Source: an uncultured Bacilli bacterium
GTDB taxonomy: Bacteria; Bacillota_I; Bacilli_A; RF39; UBA660
Reading direction: 5' to 3'
NCBI GenBank assembly: GCA_934101445.1
Contig: CAKORQ010000001.1
Coordinates: 1 to 53,324, forward strand
Length of the DNA: 53,324 nucleotides
The notes under the pieces are model-generated. The model was not told where the DNA came from and searched no databases. It worked only from the letters and a program-made list of their open reading frames with translations. The translations under genes and the position numbers were made by a program. Shown piece after piece: positions 35,794 to 44,371 of the stretch; position 1 is the first letter of the stretch; every line of letters begins with the position of its first letter.

Positions 35794-36907
35794 ACACGCT
35801 CTGCTCTCTGCCTCATCCATGCACCGAATTCTTGCGTGTCCTCCCTCCGCCCGGTTATGCGCCAATATTGAGGATAGAGCCAGTCCCTATTCACAGCAGG
35901 GAACAGATGCTCACGAACTCTGTGAATATAAAATCCTGAGAGCACTCGGCAATCCGGTACATGATCCCAGAGATACTTTAGAGTTCTACGATGCAGAAAT
36001 GGAGAATTGCACCGAGGAATACCAAAATTTTGTTATGGAGCAGCTGCAAGAGGCAAAGGGATACTGCCCTGACCCCATTATTCTGGTTGAACAGAAACTG
36101 GATTTTTCCAAGTGGGTTCCGGACGGATTTGGAACTGGAGATTGTCTCATTGTTGCAGATAAATGTCTCCACATCATTGATTTTAAATACGGGCTCGGCA
36201 TACTGGTCGATGCAGAACGCAACCCTCAAATGATGTGTTATGCATTGGGTGCCCTTGATATCTACGATGGCATTTATGATATCAGCACCGTTAAGATGAC
36301 CATTTTCCAGCCGAGGCGGGACAACATCTCCACCTGCACAATGCCAAAGGAAGAACTCCTCTTCTGGGCAGATTCCGTCCTCGCTCCTACTGCCAGACTG
36401 GCATACGAAGGGGAAGGCGAATTCAAAGCAGGAGAACACTGTGCATTCTGCAAAGTCAAAGCAACCTGCCGTAAGCGTGCAGAGTATAACCTTGCGCTTG
36501 CTAAATATGATTTTGAGATGCCTGCTACCTTAGAGGATTCAGAAATTGCTGCAATCTTACCGCAAGTCGATGAGCTTGTATCCTGGGTAAACGACATCAA
36601 GGAATATGCTCTTCAAAAAGCCTTAAGTGGAACAAAATATGGCGGCTACAAGATAGTCGAAGGAAAGTCAAACCGGAAGTACACAGACGAATATGCTGTG
36701 GCATCAGCCGTAACAGCTGCCGGGTATGACCCCTACGAGAAGAAACTTCTCGGTATCACTGCAATGACTTCTCTTCTTGGGAAGGCGAAGTTTAACGAAC
36801 TTCTCGGTGGCTTGATAGACAAGCCAGCAGGAAAACCCACCCTCGTGCCTGAGACAGATAAGCGTCCGGCACTCAACACAGCCAAAGATGATTTTAAAGA
36901 CAAATAA
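35786..36907 (+). CDS. DUF2800-type PD-(D/E)XK (Cas4/RecB-like) exonuclease with C-terminal Cys cluster
   Basis: GTDAHELCE...GDCLIVAD..LHIIDFKYG motifs and CAFCKVKATC. Confidence 0.85.
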   Translation: MAKHALLSASSMHRILACPPSARLCANIEDRASPYSQQGTDAHELCEYKILRALGNPVHDPRDTLEFYDAEMENCTEEYQNFVMEQLQEAKGYCPDPIILVEQKLDFSKWVPDGFGTGDCLIVADKCLHIIDFKYGLGILVDAERNPQMMCYALGALDIYDGIYDISTVKMTIFQPRRDNISTCTMPKEELLFWADSVLAPTARLAYEGEGEFKAGEHCAFCKVKATCRKRAEYNLALAKYDFEMPATLEDSEIAAILPQVDELVSWVNDIKEYALQKALSGTKYGGYKIVEGKSNRKYTDEYAVASAVTAAGYDPYEKKLLGITAMTSLLGKAKFNELLGGLIDKPAGKPTLVPETDKRPALNTAKDDFKDK

Positions 36908-36920
36908 GGAGGAAAAAATC

Positions 36921-37484
36921 ATGGCAACTATTACTAATCCTACCAAGGTTATCACAGGTCCCGACACCAGATGGAGTTATGCAAATGTATGGGACCCCAA
37001 ATCCATTAACGGGGGAAAAGAAAAGTATTCCATCTCTCTCATCATCTCGAAAATGGATACTGCTACACTGAGCAGGATTGAAGCCGCTATTCAGGCAGCC
37101 TATGAAGAAGGACAGGGCAAGTTAAAGGGTAACGGAAAAACCGTACCGCCTCTTTCTTCCATCAAGACTCCCCTGCGTGATGGCGATTTGGAGAAACCGG
37201 ATGACGAAGCCTATGCAGGATGCTATTTCATCAATGCAAATTCTGCCACTGCCCCTGGTATTGTTGATGCAAGCCGCCAGCCTATCATCGACCGTTCCGA
37301 AGTTTACTCCGGTGTATACGGCAGGGCATCCATCAATTTCTATGCTTTCAATGTAAACGGCAATCGTGGTATTGCCTGCGGACTTAACAATCTGCAGAAG
37401 ATTCGTGATGGCGAACCTCTCGGTTCCAAGGCAAGCGCAGAATCCGATTTTGCTACTGAGGATGATGACGAATTTCTTTCATAA
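36921..37484 (+). CDS. DUF2815-type phage ssDNA-binding protein
   Basis: AAGGAGG RBS before the ATG at 36921. RWSYANVWDPKS...PLRDGD...YFINANS pattern. Confidence 0.8.
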   Translation: MATITNPTKVITGPDTRWSYANVWDPKSINGGKEKYSISLIISKMDTATLSRIEAAIQAAYEEGQGKLKGNGKTVPPLSSIKTPLRDGDLEKPDDEAYAGCYFINANSATAPGIVDASRQPIIDRSEVYSGVYGRASINFYAFNVNGNRGIACGLNNLQKIRDGEPLGSKASAESDFATEDDDEFLS

Positions 37485-37552
37485 GTAGTAACAAACTACC
37501 GAGTGGCAGGGATAAACTCCTCTGCCACTCTTCTAATTTAAGGAGACAACTC

Positions 37553-39550
37553 ATGGAAAAAACAGCTTTCATAAAAACAATCAGTATCGATCTTGAAACC
37601 TATTCCAGTGTTCCTATCAAAAATGGTATGTATCCATATGCCGAAGCTCCGGATTCCGAAATTCTGCTATTTGCATACTCCATCAATGGGGAACCTGTTA
37701 TTGTAATTGATGTAGCAAGTGGGGATGAAATTCCTAACTATATACTGCAGGCACTCACGGACGATTCCGTAGAAAAGTGGGCATTTAATGCAGCTTTTGA
37801 ACGAGTCTTCCTGTCCTACTGGTTGAAACGCAATTACCCGGAGTATTTCAAAGGCTACAGCACTCCGGAAGATTCCGTTGGTAATTATCTCTCCCCAGCA
37901 GCATGGAAATGCTCCATGATCTGGTCTGCATATATGGGACTTCCCCTCTCTTTGGAAGGCGTTGGTGCTGTCCTTGGCTTAGAGGAGCAGAAACTGAAAG
38001 AAGGAAAAGACCTCATACGTTACTTCTGTGTTCCCTGTAAACCTACAAAAGCAAATGGTGGCAGAACCCGGAATATGCCTTCTGATGCTCCGGAAAAGTG
38101 GGAATTATTTAAGAAATATAATAAAAGGGATGTCGAGGTAGAAATGTCTATTCAGCACCGCCTGTCCCGCTTTCCTGTACCAGACAGTGTATGGGAAGAA
38201 TATCATATTGATCAGGAAATCAACGACCGTGGAATTATGCTGGATATGGATGTAGTAAAAAATGCTATCAATTTTGATGCCTATAGTAAGGCAAGGCTTA
38301 TGGGAACTATGAAGGATAAAACGGAACTGGAAAATCCAAATTCCGTAGTACAGATGAAAGACTGGCTTTCTTCCAAAGGTATCGAAACAGATTCACTGGA
38401 TAAGAAAGCAATTATCAGCCTGCTCAAAGCAGTTCCCTCTGATGTTGCAGATGTTTTAAAACTCCGTCAGCAGCTTGCGAAATCATCCGTAAAAAAATAT
38501 CAAGCTATGGAAAATTCTGTATGTGCCGATGGTCGGGCAAGGGGGATGTTCCAATTCTACGGAGCCAACCGTTCCGGCAGATGGGCTGGACGTATTATCC
38601 AGCTGCAGAATCTTCCTCAGAACCATATGTCTGATTTGGCGGAGGCAAGAGATATTGTGAAATCCGGGGACTATGAATTCATGAATGTACTTTACGATGA
38701 TGTACCGGATGCCCTTTCTCAGCTGATAAGAACAGCCTTTATTCCAAAACCGGGATACAAATTTTGCGTATCAGACTTTTCTGCTATTGAAGCCAGAGTC
38801 ATTGCATTTCTTGCAAAAGAAAACTGGCGTATGGATGTATTTAAGAACAATGGAGATATCTATTGTGCGTCTGCATCCGCCATGTTCCATGTCCCTGTAG
38901 AAAAACACGGGCAGAACGCCCACCTTCGTCAAAAAGGAAAGATTGCAGAACTCGCCCTTGGATACGGTGGTTCTGTCGGGGCATTGACCTCCATGGGGGC
39001 GCTCGATATGGGACTCTCTGAAGAAGAACTCCAGCCCCTGGTTAATTCATGGCGTGCTGCAAATCCCAATATCGTACAGCTTTGGTGGGATGTAGATGAT
39101 GCAGTAAAAACAGCAATCAAACAGCGTACCGCAACAGAAACTCACAGCATCAGATTTGTATATCAGAGTGGTATGCTTTTCATCATCCTTCCATCTGGCA
39201 GAAGACTCTGCTATGTAAAACCTCATATTGGCGAAAACAAATTCGGTGGAGAATCTGTAACCTATGAGGGTGTCGGCACAAATAAAAAGTGGGAACGTAT
39301 CGAATCCTATGGTCCCAAGTTCGTAGAAAATATCGTGCAGGCCATCAGCCGGGATATTCTCTGTTATGCCATGCATACTCTCTCCCACTGCTTTATCGTA
39401 GGTCATGTACATGATGAACTGATTATTGAAACACCCATAGATGCTGACCTTACTGCTATCTGTGAGCAGATGGGCAGAACCCCCGATTGGATTAACGGAC
39501 TGCTCCTCCGTGCCGATGGATATGAAACAGAATTTTATAAAAAAGACTAA
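37553..39550 (+). CDS. Family A DNA polymerase with 3'-5' exonuclease domain
   Basis: ISIDLETYS (Exo I); KGKIAELALGYGGSVGAL (motif B-like); VGHVHDELIIE (motif C). Confidence 0.95.
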   Translation: MEKTAFIKTISIDLETYSSVPIKNGMYPYAEAPDSEILLFAYSINGEPVIVIDVASGDEIPNYILQALTDDSVEKWAFNAAFERVFLSYWLKRNYPEYFKGYSTPEDSVGNYLSPAAWKCSMIWSAYMGLPLSLEGVGAVLGLEEQKLKEGKDLIRYFCVPCKPTKANGGRTRNMPSDAPEKWELFKKYNKRDVEVEMSIQHRLSRFPVPDSVWEEYHIDQEINDRGIMLDMDVVKNAINFDAYSKARLMGTMKDKTELENPNSVVQMKDWLSSKGIETDSLDKKAIISLLKAVPSDVADVLKLRQQLAKSSVKKYQAMENSVCADGRARGMFQFYGANRSGRWAGRIIQLQNLPQNHMSDLAEARDIVKSGDYEFMNVLYDDVPDALSQLIRTAFIPKPGYKFCVSDFSAIEARVIAFLAKENWRMDVFKNNGDIYCASASAMFHVPVEKHGQNAHLRQKGKIAELALGYGGSVGALTSMGALDMGLSEEELQPLVNSWRAANPNIVQLWWDVDDAVKTAIKQRTATETHSIRFVYQSGMLFIILPSGRRLCYVKPHIGENKFGGESVTYEGVGTNKKWERIESYGPKFVENIVQAISRDILCYAMHTLSHCFIVGHVHDELIIETPIDADLTAICEQMGRTPDWINGLLLRADGYETEFYKKD

Positions 39551-39556
39551 AGATAA

Positions 39557-39590
39557 AGCCCTCACTGGCATCGTGCTGCCAATGAAGGCT
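39557..39590. terminator. Hairpin shared by the convergent PolA (+) and sigma-like (-) genes
   Basis: 14-bp stem AGCCCTCACTGGCA / TGCCAATGAAGGCT. It has two C-A mismatches on the plus strand, which become G-U pairs on the minus strand. T-rich tracts lie on both sides. Confidence 0.5.
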
Positions 39591-39600
39591 TGTCCTTTTC

Positions 39601-40155
39601 CTACTTATACTCTCTCAGTTTCTTTTCAAGTTCACTCACAACTGCGTCTTTACGATCTCTAAGGGTTCTTCTAGGAATCCCCAGTTCCTCTGCAACACTC
39701 CTCTGAGAATCACCGTTTGCTATCATCTGGCAAATGCGAAGTTTTTCAGAAGTAAGTTCTCCCAACACATTATACAGTGCATCTATTACAACACTGTATG
39801 CCACCAGTTCTTCCGGATTATCTCCCGCTGACTTCTGATCAAAGCCACTCTCAACCAAAACCTCATAAGAAGTTTCTAACTCTGCTCTGGCAGCTTTATC
39901 ACGCTCATCTTTTCTTGACCAGTTATTAAAAATCCTGTTCATAAAGTCAGCTTCTTCCTTGGTAGCTGCTTCGAAAATCGCATAATAATGTCTCATTCTT
40001 CCCGGCAGAGCAATACGGGCTACAGGTACATCGTTGCTCTTGTAATGCTTAATCGTCTCTTCATCCCCATCCTCAATGGGTACAAAGTATGGATTTGCAT
40101 AACTGAGCATTGCTTCGTTGGCGGTTACATTAGAATCTTTTTCCTTTTTTGTCAT
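39601..40155 (-). CDS. Sigma-70-family-like regulator (region-4 HTH)
   Basis: C-terminal LTSEKLRICQMIANGDSQRSVAEELGIPRRTLRDRKDAVV. GGAAAGGA RBS before the ATG at 40155. Confidence 0.75.
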   Translation of the reverse strand: MTKKEKDSNVTANEAMLSYANPYFVPIEDGDEETIKHYKSNDVPVARIALPGRMRHYYAIFEAATKEEADFMNRIFNNWSRKDERDKAARAELETSYEVLVESGFDQKSAGDNPEELVAYSVVIDALYNVLGELTSEKLRICQMIANGDSQRSVAEELGIPRRTLRDRKDAVVSELEKKLREYK

Positions 40156-40156
40156 A

Positions 40157-40191
40157 GGTTGTCCTTTCCGCCGCACTGAGCGAGGACAACC
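40157..40191 (-). promoter_or_regulatory. Leader hairpin whose 3' arm overlaps the RBS of the sigma-like gene
   Basis: Minus strand GGUUGUCCU - 17 nt - AGGACAACC (perfect 9 bp), ending 1 nt before the AUG. Confidence 0.4.
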
Positions 40192-40382
40192 CGAATGTTG
40201 GCACGACAACAAGACGAGATTTCATAGTTTTCTGGAGATAATCATCAATTGAAAACTCCTACAAAACTATGTATCCTCGCCCAATGTCGGCCGCCATTTG
40301 GCTCGAATTATTTATTTGAACAACCCAAATATGCCATATTTACAAAGCCTTACATATTAAGTGCGACTTTAAATTTAGGCAC

Positions 40383-40435
40383 GAAAAAAGGACCTTTGTG
40401 GTCATCCGTTATAACAGATAATCACAAAAGTCCTT
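40383..40435 (-). terminator. Long hairpin terminator downstream of the ImmA-HTH gene
   Basis: Minus strand AAGGACUUUUGUG ... CACAAAGGUCCUU (13 bp, 1 mismatch), followed by a U-run. A second perfect 9-bp hairpin lies at 40454..40474. Confidence 0.5.
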
Positions 40436-40500
40436 TATTTATCTTGTGCTTATGCATTAAGTGGGACTTAATGCTTGATATAAATTTTTTTAATTTTTTC

Positions 40501-42444
40501 TTAGATTCTTTCCTTTACTTCCTTTACCACATTGTTCCTTGCTGGAATCCAGTCTTTTGAAACACCAGACATAATAAGTTTTTCAACCCACTGTTCCCAT
40601 GTATCATCCATATGATTTTCAATGAGAATCCTTACAAATATATTGGACGGAGTCATATTTGTCAGTTTAATATCTGCAGCATCCAATAGGTAGATGGCTT
40701 CATGCGGTCGTAAATACAACCCTTTGCACAAAGCAAGCACAGTCCCCTTTTCCATTGTAGGATCGTATGTATTGCGATATCCACTTATACTTACTGTGCT
40801 GATTCCAGTTCTGTCCTGTAACTCATACTCAGATATTCCCTTAGATTTCATAAAATAATCTAATGCCCCAGCAAATCCACCTTTCATGTTCTCATGAACA
40901 TCCTTTAGTTCCTCATTGACCATCCCCATTATAGCATCAATCTCAGATTGCATTTTCTCCTTGGTCTGATTGATTTCATGATTTGGATCATATTCAACAG
41001 GAACGAACTCCTGTGCATCTATTTCCCGGCACAAAAAGCATCTTCGATAAAAAGTATCCGAATACTTATCACCTGCATTGTAATTTCGCTTAAACAAGAA
41101 ACAGCATTCATCTGCATGTTCAAGCGCATAGTCCGTAAGAATATATTGATTGTTCTCATTTGGCATAACATAACGAGGATCATTGAAACACAGCATACAA
41201 TTTGCATAGACAAGAACTCCCTTTGCATACAGTTCCATCAGCTTCGGAGTCATTACTATGCTGCGAATAAGATTCTCCTCATCAATCACAAAACTATGGT
41301 TCTTATCCAGAAGTCCTTTTTTAAATGCATACGGGGGCAGCCCTTTTCCGTCACAGTATACACAAGTTCCCTCCACTTCTTCAAATCCCAATTCAAATAA
41401 TCTCAATTTGGCAGCAAGCCGTGAAACCAAAAAATAATTTGCTACAAGCCCCACTGTCTCTTCTAATGTTTCAGCATATCGCTGCATTGGTTTTGTGGCA
41501 TGTACATCAGCAAGTATTTTGTTAAATACTCTTCTTGTAGTTTTCTCCGGCATAAGAATCCGGGGAGCCAGCTGATTTGCCTGCCACTCCATCCACTTAA
41601 GTGCAGATTCTTCGTGTCCGATACCATTATATTCTCCTTCGACTATTTCACATGAAATGTGTCCGATATTACCCTGTAATAACTTTTGTAACTCAAACGC
41701 TCTTCTATGCCTATCCCAATGAACACATTCGTGAATAATAGTATTATTGGCAGTTCCGATATTATACATAAAGTAAACGTTCGGGTTAATAAGCATTGTT
41801 CCTGGGGCGATTATAATTTCGATTACTTCGGTTCCACGAATATCAGAATACACTTTAACTTTCTCGGAATCAAAGTAAGTCTTGCCAAAGATACCTTCTT
41901 CCAATGGTGCAAAATACATTTTCATTCCCATTGTTTGTACAATTTCTTCTACTGGAACGGTCATAGGCTGTAAAAGTGCCTTCGGACAATATTTTCTTAA
42001 AAATTCCTCTGCATGTCTTTCAACATCCTCCTCGTACATATATGGAATAAGATTCTGGCTCAATGATTTGTTTCTATCAAATTGGCGCTCATTATATTCA
42101 TCTACCTTGGTAATTTTGACTTCATGGAGACCATCATCCAATATAGCTGAAAAAAATACATTATAGCACCCCTGTACTCCGATACTATCATAGCCATAGC
42201 TTGTCTTACCTTTCACTTCTATTTCAGCATCTATTGTTGTACGAATAACAAGATATTTATCTTCTCCTTCATCAAAAGTAACTCCGCAGACCCCTATATT
42301 CTCCAAATTTACCCACAAAACCTTATATATTTCATCTGATTCAAAACTGTCCTTTCTTAAAGCTATATACTCCTTTATTTTATTGAAAATTTCCTCATAA
42401 TAATTGTCTTCCATGTACTCTGAAAAATTATTATATTTTTTCAA
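40501..42444 (-). CDS. Large ImmA/IrrE-type (M78) zinc metallopeptidase fused to a C-terminal XRE-type HTH, with unknown N-terminal and middle domains
   Basis: HECVHW (HExxH) followed by ANQLAPRILMP. C-terminal KSKGISEYELQDRTGISTVSISGYRN HTH. 647 aa. Confidence 0.8.
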   Translation of the reverse strand: MKKYNNFSEYMEDNYYEEIFNKIKEYIALRKDSFESDEIYKVLWVNLENIGVCGVTFDEGEDKYLVIRTTIDAEIEVKGKTSYGYDSIGVQGCYNVFFSAILDDGLHEVKITKVDEYNERQFDRNKSLSQNLIPYMYEEDVERHAEEFLRKYCPKALLQPMTVPVEEIVQTMGMKMYFAPLEEGIFGKTYFDSEKVKVYSDIRGTEVIEIIIAPGTMLINPNVYFMYNIGTANNTIIHECVHWDRHRRAFELQKLLQGNIGHISCEIVEGEYNGIGHEESALKWMEWQANQLAPRILMPEKTTRRVFNKILADVHATKPMQRYAETLEETVGLVANYFLVSRLAAKLRLFELGFEEVEGTCVYCDGKGLPPYAFKKGLLDKNHSFVIDEENLIRSIVMTPKLMELYAKGVLVYANCMLCFNDPRYVMPNENNQYILTDYALEHADECCFLFKRNYNAGDKYSDTFYRRCFLCREIDAQEFVPVEYDPNHEINQTKEKMQSEIDAIMGMVNEELKDVHENMKGGFAGALDYFMKSKGISEYELQDRTGISTVSISGYRNTYDPTMEKGTVLALCKGLYLRPHEAIYLLDAADIKLTNMTPSNIFVRILIENHMDDTWEQWVEKLIMSGVSKDWIPARNNVVKEVKERI

Positions 42445-42486
42445 TCGGACATCCCCCTTTGTATATAATTTAACTCATTCGTCCAT

Positions 42487-42978
42487 CTACATTAATCCAA
42501 TAAAGTCAATATTGTTCTTTATGTTATTATATACATCCCTACATAAGTATAATGGATTTGATAAATCCTTTTGAATCGCATCTAAGAATCTGTCAATTTC
42601 TATAACTATTTCTTCATTTGTCATATTATGGATAGGGAAATGGAGTCCGTTGATCCACATATCCTGTATATAATGCTTAGTATTTCCTGTGGCCCTTATT
42701 CTTTTGTCCAGCGTTTTATGAACATAAAATGCAATATCCCTAGAACTAACTGCAATTTCAACAAACCCAACAATTTGATTATATTTCCATACATTTCTTG
42801 GATATTGTCCTTGCATTATTGACTTCACTATGTTCTCCGTTTCTTCTCGGGTATGTCCCATATCTTCTGAACGGATATAGCACTTTTTCTTCCAATTCTC
42901 CCACCTGTGCTGGAATTCTTTTTGTGACATTGAATAAATTGGCACTTCATAAATTACTTTTTCATTAGGAAAATGCAT
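42487..42978 (-). CDS. Hypothetical protein (163 aa), no recognisable motif
   Basis: Co-directional ORF, 42-43 nt from both neighbours. Confidence 0.6.
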   Translation of the reverse strand: MHFPNEKVIYEVPIYSMSQKEFQHRWENWKKKCYIRSEDMGHTREETENIVKSIMQGQYPRNVWKYNQIVGFVEIAVSSRDIAFYVHKTLDKRIRATGNTKHYIQDMWINGLHFPIHNMTNEEIVIEIDRFLDAIQKDLSNPLYLCRDVYNNIKNNIDFIGLM

Positions 42979-43021
42979 TATATATATCCCCCTTAATTAA
43001 AAAAACTCTACTACCACTGCG

Positions 43022-44119
43022 TTATTTTGGAATGGATGAATCTGTTGCTTGGCGAATTACCTCATTTTCCTGAAATACGTTCATATCATTTAAAACATCT
43101 TCCATTGCATCAATGCAAGTATCTATTGAATCGGTTATCATCTTTACATTCTCGTCCTTTTCCCAGTTTTCCACTATATATTCAGCAATTATTTCTTCTT
43201 TGTCCCATTCATCCCTCAATGGACAATACTTTTCGTCTTCACTAATCCATGCATCTTCAGAATGAACTCCCTTCCTGTATTGATGTTCTGATTCAAAATA
43301 GTCTGCCAAATCTTCCAATGACATATTCCAGTCTGGTATTCTGTCCCGACCGTTTTCAAGAGAATCAATCATATCCTGAGCTCTTTTTATGAAGTTGTCA
43401 AAATTGTTACAACATAGTTTATAGGTATCTTCCTCCTCAAGAGTCATCTGCGTTATATTGATAACATTATCAAAAGCAGAATTCAGCTTTTTATAAAAGA
43501 TAGCGGCTTCATTGACAATCAAATCAGCACTATTCATAATATGATATGCGTCTAAGATTTCTTCCATAGCATTTAAAAAAAAGACTTTTGCAGCATCAAA
43601 TTCACTATTTCTTACAACAACGGTACACAAATTATCAAAGAATTTGTCATATATATTTTTGATAGCCTCTGTATCTTCAATCAGCATCCCTGCCTCATAA
43701 CTATAATGACTATAATTTGAATAATTTGCTGATCCCACATATAAAACATTTTCAGTCCCTACTATTTTAGCATGATTCGCAAAACACACTTTAATAGTAA
43801 TGTTGTTTGAATGATATTCTTCCAATTTAAATAAGGATTGCATTTTTTTTAGTTTATCTTCAACTTCACCTTTTTTATATGTATTGGGAACAAGCGAACT
43901 TTCACGCATTCCAGCCAATGGTACAATGATTGTTACTTTTTGATTACTATTTAAGTCCTTTAGAATCTTCAATTTTCTATCTGTTATATTACTGTATGTT
44001 AAAATTCTTATTTCCTTTGCCTTTTTAAAATCATTAATCACTGCTTGAAACCCATCCGCATTTTTCGAGCCCACAAATTTCGCACATATTCCCGGAATTT
44101 CAACCAAACCATTTATCAT
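43022..44119 (-). CDS. Single-HKD phospholipase D-superfamily (Nuc/BfiI-like) nuclease with a ~190-aa acidic C-terminal domain
   Basis: HAKIVGTENVLYVGSANYS (H-x-K ... G-S-x-N). 365 aa. Confidence 0.75.
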   Translation of the reverse strand: MINGLVEIPGICAKFVGSKNADGFQAVINDFKKAKEIRILTYSNITDRKLKILKDLNSNQKVTIIVPLAGMRESSLVPNTYKKGEVEDKLKKMQSLFKLEEYHSNNITIKVCFANHAKIVGTENVLYVGSANYSNYSHYSYEAGMLIEDTEAIKNIYDKFFDNLCTVVVRNSEFDAAKVFFLNAMEEILDAYHIMNSADLIVNEAAIFYKKLNSAFDNVINITQMTLEEEDTYKLCCNNFDNFIKRAQDMIDSLENGRDRIPDWNMSLEDLADYFESEHQYRKGVHSEDAWISEDEKYCPLRDEWDKEEIIAEYIVENWEKDENVKMITDSIDTCIDAMEDVLNDMNVFQENEVIRQATDSSIPK

Positions 44120-44371
44120 GAGTCATTCCCCAAAAATATCATTTTTTTATATATAGAGTAAAACAGTAAATTACATTTTGCAACACAAAACAGATTTTTC
44201 AATACTATATATGGGTTTTTTATTACATATAAACCCGTAAAATATGCTATTTTTATTATTTTCCCACCACATTTTATATTTTTTTAATAATTTATATGGG
44301 TTTTTTGTATATACATTTAAGGTTTTGTGTGATATTATAAATATACACTCATAGGCAAGGAGGTATTTATA

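Noticed and set aside
35978-39571. Minus-strand ORFs (153, 108, 174 aa and others) inside DUF2800 and PolA
   Set aside because: They are antisense to well supported plus-strand genes, and no RBS or motif is visible.
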